NCBI GenBank assembly: GCA_029262635.1 | Contig: JAJCZA010000029.1 | Location: 29,938-93,937 of the forward strand | DNA length: 64,000 bases | Origin: Vampirovibrionales bacterium | GTDB taxonomy: Bacteria > Cyanobacteriota > Vampirovibrionia > Vampirovibrionales > Vampirovibrionaceae | Direction of reading: 5' to 3' | Shown here: piece after piece, positions 58,347 through 64,000 of the stretch | How the letters are laid out: each line of letters starts with the position of its first letter | Position numbering within the stretch: the first letter of the stretch is position 1 | Made by a program: the position numbers and the translations under genes | Notes under the pieces: model-generated | What the model saw: only the letters and a program-made list of their open reading frames with translations | What the model was told of the DNA's origin: nothing | The model's database searches: none

Positions 58347-58450
58347 TGGTGAAACGCTCCTCTTTGGGAGGAAGAGTTATATCTTATAAAAAGGTTTTAA
58401 TATGGGAAAGATTGGTGAAACGCTCCTTTTTAGGAGGAAGAGTGATATCT
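58347..58450. repeat. Two 38-bp direct repeats (35/38 identical, 66-bp period), each with a short internal hairpin
   Basis: TGGTGAAACGCTCCTCTTTGGGAGGAAGAGTTATATCT at 58347-58384 and TGGTGAAACGCTCCTTTTTAGGAGGAAGAGTGATATCT at 58413-58450. They lie between convergent glpK and the 58384 ORF. Confidence 0.6.
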
Positions 58451-58932
58451 GGATATAATTTTTCTATCATTCCTTCCCCAATGGGTCTTAACCAATATGA
58501 TTTTTCTTTGTCATCGCTGCCGAGATAGCAAGGATTACTAGCGTTGTTATGAAGCTGCTCAAAGCCTTTGCTTAACGCCTCAATATTCATTCCCGGAAAA
58601 TCCTTGGCCAACGTTGCCGCAGTGCCATATCCCGGATAATTTTCATCAGGCCGTTTTCGACACAGAAAGGCAACCATCTCTCCCACGGTCAAGGTATCAT
58701 TCCCCTGTTGCCAAACCACCGGGTTACAAATTTCTTTAAACGCATCATCTTTTCGCTTTTGCTCAGCTACCTCTGCTTTAGCCGCCTCAGCCGCCTCAGC
58801 TTTTTGCTTTAATCTATGGTGGATCTCAAAGGCATCGCCTGAAAAACGAGGACTCTGCATATCCTGAGAAACAGGATGATGATTGATTACAGAAGCTTTG
58901 TGAAACAAAACCGAGGGCGTTACTGTAGTCAT
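58384..58932 (-). CDS. Hypothetical protein (182 aa)
   Basis: ORF with no recognised family. Its 3' end abuts the repeat. Confidence 0.5.
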   Translation of the reverse strand: MTTVTPSVLFHKASVINHHPVSQDMQSPRFSGDAFEIHHRLKQKAEAAEAAKAEVAEQKRKDDAFKEICNPVVWQQGNDTLTVGEMVAFLCRKRPDENYPGYGTAATLAKDFPGMNIEALSKGFEQLHNNASNPCYLGSDDKEKSYWLRPIGEGMIEKLYPDITLPPKKERFTNLSHIKTFL

Positions 58933-59307
58933 CTGGTACTCCTTTTTTATGAGAGGTTGAATACATCTAAAATGCTAGAGAGTCATAGAAATACTACAAT
59001 GCTAAAATTTCGATAGGAAGGGATCATAACAAAAATTTATAAAAACCCGGCTGAACACTAAAAGATATTCGACCGGTTTAGCTTCTCGATGACATTCTGC
59101 CGGTAAGCGGAGTTGTTCTTGTATTGCAGGATCTTTCAGGGCTGTAAGGATCCGTCTCGTCTCCTATTCTTAATTTTAGATTAACAGAACCCAGGCAAAT
59201 TGCTTTTAGTACTTATAATATAAGTGCCCGGTTCTATAAAATATAAAATTAATCCCAAAGTCGCTTTTAAGGTCTGTTTTAAGCGATAACCCTTTCATGT
59301 GCGTAAT

Positions 59308-59340
59308 ACCTGTTGCTCTTGCAACAGGTACTTTTTTTAA
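59308..59340 (+). terminator. Rho-independent terminator on plus strand (ACCTGTTGC-tctt-GCAACAGGT + ACTTTTTTT) with no upstream plus-strand CDS
   Basis: Perfect 9-bp stem and a T7 run. It lies in a 560-nt intergenic region, 155 nt upstream of the TPR gene. Confidence 0.6.
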
Positions 59341-59494
59341 GGAACAGAGAAGGTAACAAAGAGGTTGAATGATTACGAGGGAGTGAGTGTTATGATGATG
59401 AATGACAAGAAAATTTGTGAAAGTGGTCATGTTTTTCTTGAAAGGCTAAAATAAACCCAATCATCTTATTTTATTTGCTGGAGTATTTTATATT

Positions 59495-61381
59495 ATGAAT
59501 CCTTGCCACACGAAGAATCGCCGTCAACAATGGCTGGCCACATCGATTTGCCTTGTCCTGCTTAGTAGCGCCATTCCTAATGTGTTGGAACAGCCGGCTT
59601 CCGCTCAGGTCCGCCTACGAGGCAACGTGACCCGAACCATGAATCGAGCGAATCGACAATATCAGCTTGGAAAGTGGGAAGAAGCTGAAAAGATTTACAC
59701 GCAATCGGTCAAGCGCTATCCAAATAATAGCTTGAACTGGGCCAATCTCGGTATTGTTCAGGCTGAACTCTTTAAACTGGGTGCTTCGGAGAAAAGCGCT
59801 CAGCGCGCGTTGAAAATCAACCCTAAAAACCCATACGCCCATATTGCCCAAGGTATTGCTTACCGAAATCGGACAGCCTCATCCGATATGACATGGCGTA
59901 ATCAGCGTGGTGAATTGCTTCAAAAAGCAATTAATGAATTCAAGACCGCTTTAAAATATGATCCCAATAACCCGGACGCCTACAATCGGCTTGGCGAAAT
60001 TTACCGTATGCAGGGCCGTATTCAGGAGGCTGACGAGGCATTTACTAAAGCCATTGAACTAGACCCCAAGTTCTCCGAAGCCATTTCTAACAAAGGAACG
60101 ATCGTTAAAGCGACGGGCACGGTGGATGAAGCTATCGCCCTCTATAAAGAGGCTATCAAGCATAATTCCAAAAACTATAAGGCCCATTACCTCCTTGGCG
60201 AAGCTCTTGCCGACAAAGGTCAGTATCACGAGGCTTATAATGCTTTAAACACAGCGCTATACCAGAACAGAAACAGTGAAATCGTCTATACAAAGATGGG
60301 CGATGTTCTGGAGCGGCAAGGGAACGAATCTGCCGCTATTTCCAAGTACCGAGAAGCGATTCGTGTTAAACCAGAGTATGTTCCTGCCTATCAGCATCTG
60401 GCACATCTGTTTGATAATCGGGGTGATGGGGAATTCGCAATGGCGGAACTTAAAAGTGCCCTTAATGCGAACCCGCACCTGACTGATCTTAAGCTGGATT
60501 TAGGTCGTCTGGCTCTTGCTTCGGAGAAACATGATCAGGCTCTACGCTATTATCAGGAAGTTCTCAGCCAGAATCCATCCCACCCGGTTGCTTTGAAAGG
60601 CTTAGCCACCACTTATATGTCTACTGCAGAACAATCGGCGGGTCAAGGCGTTCTCGGCGGGTCGGATAAATATGTGGATGCGGAAATCGCTATTCAGCGA
60701 GCCCTGCAAGCCAATCCTAACGACATCTCCCTTCATCTGGCCATGCTTCAAATCAACCAACTCTCTGGCAAGCCAACCATGGCACAAAAACATCTAGAAT
60801 ATATTACTCAGCATCCGCCTCGCAATGAAGCGGAGCACTTGGCGCAGGCCGAAGCCTTTTTCATGCTGGGGCGTTATCAGGAATCCGATGAGTCTTACCG
60901 GAAATTATTGTCCTATACCGAAAAAGATCTGAACAAACAGCTTATACTGGCTGATACGATGAAGATCAATGGAGATCTGGACATGGCAACAGAAACCTAC
61001 CAGAATATTCTTAGCCGTCAACCTGAGAACTTAAAGGCTCAGCGGGGTGTTCAGCGGGTTCACCGGTTAAAGGAAGAGGCAGGGAAGCAAATTAACCTGG
61101 CTAACGCCTTAAATAGCCGACTCTCAAAGAAGAAACAAAAAACCGCCAAGGATTTCTACTTGGAGTCGGTTAGTATCTACCCTCGCCAGCCGGAAGCCCG
61201 ACTGGAGCTAGCCAAAATCTATAATCGGGAAGACAACTATGGTAAAGCTATTTTCGAATACGAGTCTTACCTCAACTTACTTCCAGAGCTAGAGCCGAAG
61301 AAACGAGACCGGATTGAATCTAAAATATCGAGACTTCGGAAAAAAATGGCTGAACAAACTCAGCCGTTAACGACCCAATAA
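59495..61381 (+). CDS. Secreted TPR-repeat protein (628 aa)
   Basis: Signal peptide ending ASAQ. Many 34-aa TPR units (...YNRLGEIYRMQGRIQEADEAFTKAIELDP...). Confidence 0.8.
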   Translation: MNPCHTKNRRQQWLATSICLVLLSSAIPNVLEQPASAQVRLRGNVTRTMNRANRQYQLGKWEEAEKIYTQSVKRYPNNSLNWANLGIVQAELFKLGASEKSAQRALKINPKNPYAHIAQGIAYRNRTASSDMTWRNQRGELLQKAINEFKTALKYDPNNPDAYNRLGEIYRMQGRIQEADEAFTKAIELDPKFSEAISNKGTIVKATGTVDEAIALYKEAIKHNSKNYKAHYLLGEALADKGQYHEAYNALNTALYQNRNSEIVYTKMGDVLERQGNESAAISKYREAIRVKPEYVPAYQHLAHLFDNRGDGEFAMAELKSALNANPHLTDLKLDLGRLALASEKHDQALRYYQEVLSQNPSHPVALKGLATTYMSTAEQSAGQGVLGGSDKYVDAEIAIQRALQANPNDISLHLAMLQINQLSGKPTMAQKHLEYITQHPPRNEAEHLAQAEAFFMLGRYQESDESYRKLLSYTEKDLNKQLILADTMKINGDLDMATETYQNILSRQPENLKAQRGVQRVHRLKEEAGKQINLANALNSRLSKKKQKTAKDFYLESVSIYPRQPEARLELAKIYNREDNYGKAIFEYESYLNLLPELEPKKRDRIESKISRLRKKMAEQTQPLTTQ

Positions 61382-61488
61382 TCGATAATGATAACTTGTA
61401 CAGCTGATTTTATTTAATCTAAAAGCTAAAATGGATTGTCAGAAATGACAATCCATTTTAATAACGACTCTTGTTTTCGGGACAAGAA

Positions 61489-62988
61489 CTAAAGTTGCGT
61501 GGTAACGGCTTTGACTTCAAGGTAATTATTCAGCACCTCTTTGCCCATCTCTCGTCCCCAACCGGACTGTTTATAACCACCAAACGGCAATGAGGCATCA
61601 AAGACGTTATAGCAGTTTACCCAAACGCTGCCAGCACGAATGCGTCGAGCCAACTTATGTGCCATGCTAATATTTTGAGTCCAGATACCAGCGGCTAAGC
61701 CGTAAATACTGTCGTTAGCGGTGGCCGCAATTTCATCGACATCCGTAAACGGCATAGCCACAACGACAGGTCCAAAGATTTCTTCCTGAACGACTTTCAT
61801 ATTTGCTTTCGTATCCACCAACACTGTGGGTTCAACGAAATATCCGCTATCACCGATGCGCTTACCGCCGGCTTTAGCCACAGCACCTTCTTTCGCTCCT
61901 TCTTCAAGGAAGTTACAGACACGTGCTAGTTGATCATGAGAAACCAACGGACCCATTTGCGCTTGTGGATCTAGTCCGTGGCCAACTCGAATCTTTTTCG
62001 CCCGGGCGGAGACGCCCTCAATGACTTCATCAAAAATGTCCTGATGCACATAGAGGCGAGAACCGGCGCAACAGCATTGACCTTGATTAAAGAAAATTCC
62101 GCTGGCCGCACCTGCAATGGCGGCTTTTAGATTTGCGTCCGGGAAAATAATATTCGGTGATTTGCCACCCAGTTCCAGCGTCAGTTTTTTCAGGTTGCTG
62201 GTGCCTGCGGCTTGAACAATCAATCGACCCACTTCCGTAGAGCCCGTAAAGGCAATTTTATCCACGTCCATATGGGCGGCCAATGGGGCGCCGGTTTCTT
62301 CGCCAAAACCGGTGATAATATTCACGACGCCTTCCGGGAAGCCTGCTTCTTGAACCAGCTCGGCTAAACGGAGTGCTGTAACAGGTGTTTCTTCCGCTGG
62401 CTTAAGTATCACAGTACAGCCGGCGGCCAGAGCGGGTGCTAGTTTCCAGGCCGCCATCAATAGAGGAAAGTTCCAGGGAATAATCTGCCCTACAACCCCA
62501 ACAGGCTCCCGGTGAGTGTAGGAAAGAAACTCGCCACCCGGTGCGGTGGGGACTGAAACCGGAATGGTACTGCCTTCAATTTTGGTGGTCCAGCCAGCCA
62601 TATAGCGGAACATGTCCACGGCCAGCGGCACATCAGCAAATTTGGCCACAGCTAAGGGCTTTCCGTTGTCCATGGTTTCCAGTTCGGCGAACTCGGTCAG
62701 GTGTTGTTCTAAGAGATCCCCGAGCTTCCAGATGAGCTTACCTCGTTCAGAGGAGGTCATCTTGGACCAAGGGCCTTCAAAAGCTTTACGAGCGGCTTTG
62801 ACGGCCAGATCTACATCACCACTGCCACCACGAGCGACCTTGCTAATTACCTGCCCTGTAGCTGGGTTTACCACATCAAAGGTCTGGCCCGATTGAGCCT
62901 CTACCCATTGGCCACCAATAAAAAGTTTATGTGTCCGATTCAGGAACTGATTCGCCTGATCGCTGATGTTATGTTTTTCTGCAGTCAT
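61489..62988 (-). CDS. NAD(P)+-dependent aldehyde dehydrogenase
   Basis: ALDH glutamate site (ELGGKSPNII) and cysteine site (FFNQGQCCCAGSRLYV). AGGA sits 8 nt upstream of ATG 62988; the track TTG at 63012 is probably too early. Confidence 0.9.
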   Translation of the reverse strand: MTAEKHNISDQANQFLNRTHKLFIGGQWVEAQSGQTFDVVNPATGQVISKVARGGSGDVDLAVKAARKAFEGPWSKMTSSERGKLIWKLGDLLEQHLTEFAELETMDNGKPLAVAKFADVPLAVDMFRYMAGWTTKIEGSTIPVSVPTAPGGEFLSYTHREPVGVVGQIIPWNFPLLMAAWKLAPALAAGCTVILKPAEETPVTALRLAELVQEAGFPEGVVNIITGFGEETGAPLAAHMDVDKIAFTGSTEVGRLIVQAAGTSNLKKLTLELGGKSPNIIFPDANLKAAIAGAASGIFFNQGQCCCAGSRLYVHQDIFDEVIEGVSARAKKIRVGHGLDPQAQMGPLVSHDQLARVCNFLEEGAKEGAVAKAGGKRIGDSGYFVEPTVLVDTKANMKVVQEEIFGPVVVAMPFTDVDEIAATANDSIYGLAAGIWTQNISMAHKLARRIRAGSVWVNCYNVFDASLPFGGYKQSGWGREMGKEVLNNYLEVKAVTTQL

Positions 62989-63098
62989 AGTCATTATCCT
63001 AACAACCCCCAAAGTTACTAATAACGAGCATTATCATATGGATAACTTCCTATAATCAGCCTGTAATGTCAAGAATCTCCAGCATCCCAATCCGGTAG

Positions 63099-64000
63099 TT
63101 AATCGCTTAAAATCCGCTGAGCTATGGCTTCAGCAATCACCTGATTTCCCTGAGGCCCTACATGACACCAGTCAATATAAATTGGTTTGTTTACGTTATC
63201 GAGCGTATGGCCTAAAAAATACACGTGCTCATCCTCTCGTCCGCTGAATCGTTGCTTGGCCGAATGAAATAATTGTTTCTGTGATTTTATCCAGACTGGC
63301 GACGCTTCATTGATAATCGCCTGCTCATGGGGGAAATTGTCAATCGATCGTGTGCCCGAAAACAGGATTGGCTGCCAGAAGAAATAGGTATCAAACCCAT
63401 AAACTGGTTCAAGTGCGTGAACTTGCCTAATTAACTCATCGTAATAATCCAGTGTTAGAACAATATTCGTTTCAATTTTGGGTTCAATTTTCTGATCCCA
63501 TATTTTGGTCTCTGGCGGGTTTAAAAAGCGCTTCAACACTTTTTGGTAATTGGACTTTTTAAACGCATCCAGCAAACTCTCGGTCATTGAAGGTGATTTA
63601 ACCCGAATGTCCAATAATTCCTCAATATGATGAATTCCTCTAGGTTCGCCGGGTGAATAAACCGATGTGTACCCATCATTAGCGCCATCGTAAAAAATAA
63701 CGATATCGGGCCGCTCTCCCAGGGTTAGTCGTTCCAGCAGATAGTTATACTCTTGAGTACTCATGTAGCCGATTTCGCCGAGATTATAGACATCGTACTC
63801 ATCACCCAAAATCGCCTGAAGTTGGGAAGGGATCGTATCCACGTCTGGACTTCCTTCTCCCCACATGGTGGAGCCGCCTAACATGTAGATTTTTTTAGGC
63901 GGCTGTCCAGATTTACTTTTTATTGGCTTAACGGTTCGACGAAGTCCATTCTCGTCAACATTGACGAACTTCCCTGAAACCGGTAGAGAACGCCACAGGT
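63099..64000 (-). CDS. SGNH/GDSL-fold hydrolase-like protein (GGS variant of block I), runs off right edge
   Basis: The frame stays open upstream of the track's Met to the window end (...KKIYMLGGSTMWGEG...). SGNH blocks: GGS (I), YDGANDGY (III), DWCHVG (V). Confidence 0.5.
   Translation of the reverse strand, partial: LWRSLPVSGKFVNVDENGLRRTVKPIKSKSGQPPKKIYMLGGSTMWGEGSPDVDTIPSQLQAILGDEYDVYNLGEIGYMSTQEYNYLLERLTLGERPDIVIFYDGANDGYTSVYSPGEPRGIHHIEELLDIRVKSPSMTESLLDAFKKSNYQKVLKRFLNPPETKIWDQKIEPKIETNIVLTLDYYDELIRQVHALEPVYGFDTYFFWQPILFSGTRSIDNFPHEQAIINEASPVWIKSQKQLFHSAKQRFSGREDEHVYFLGHTLDNVNKPIYIDWCHVGPQGNQVIAEAIAQRILSD

Noticed and set aside
58347-58450. CRISPR array
   Set aside because: Only two repeat copies with one 28-nt spacer, repeats imperfect, and no cas genes nearby. 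Treated as a simple direct repeat.

Overview
This 64-kb window is a bacterial chromosomal segment of roughly 45–48% GC. E. coli-like sigma-70 promoters and AAGGA/GGAG ribosome-binding sites are recognisable; the organism is not identifiable from sequence alone. The backbone is housekeeping, interleaved with accessory and eukaryote-like modules.

Housekeeping genes, left to right:
- A partial sigma factor gene runs off the left edge.
- rplS, rbgA and rnhB sit in the Bacillus-type order, interrupted by one opposite-strand ORF.
- tadA, prs, dnaE, nadD, mscL, a class II B12-dependent ribonucleotide reductase, an acyl-CoA dehydrogenase, hemL, lepB, xseA-xseB, glpK and an aldehyde dehydrogenase follow.

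Accessory modules:
1. A glycosylation locus with three GT-C (ArnT/PMT-like) membrane glycosyltransferases. Its core is a 5-gene plus-strand operon: a GT2 polyprenyl-phosphate-sugar synthase, three SAM methyltransferases and a GT-C.
2. A c-di-GMP module: a pseudo-receiver/degenerate-GGDEF protein with an intact I-site, and a TPR-GAF-HD-GYP protein.
3. A matrixin metalloprotease next to a prolyl-4-hydroxylase-like 2OG oxygenase.
4. A GH9-like secreted protein whose catalytic DAGD motif reads NSNN, plus a stand-alone 92-aa dockerin-like protein.
5. A signal peptidase I carrying an N-terminal double Clp_N domain.
6. A membrane protein ending in a caspase-like His/Cys dyad.
7. A 4-gene cassette of two paralog pairs directly downstream of nrdJ.
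8. Many orphan secreted or membrane proteins, including a 732-aa protein, a Pro/Gln-rich protein with a duplicated N-terminal module, and an S8 subtilase.

No rRNA, tRNA or CRISPR array was found. Small-scale signals include repeated terminator-like elements, a 13-bp perfect AT palindrome, tandem 38-bp direct repeats, and orphan terminators that may mark sRNAs. No single obviously novel defence island is visible. The glycosylation/methylation operon, the Clp_N-SPase fusion and the degenerate enzymes are the most unusual items.
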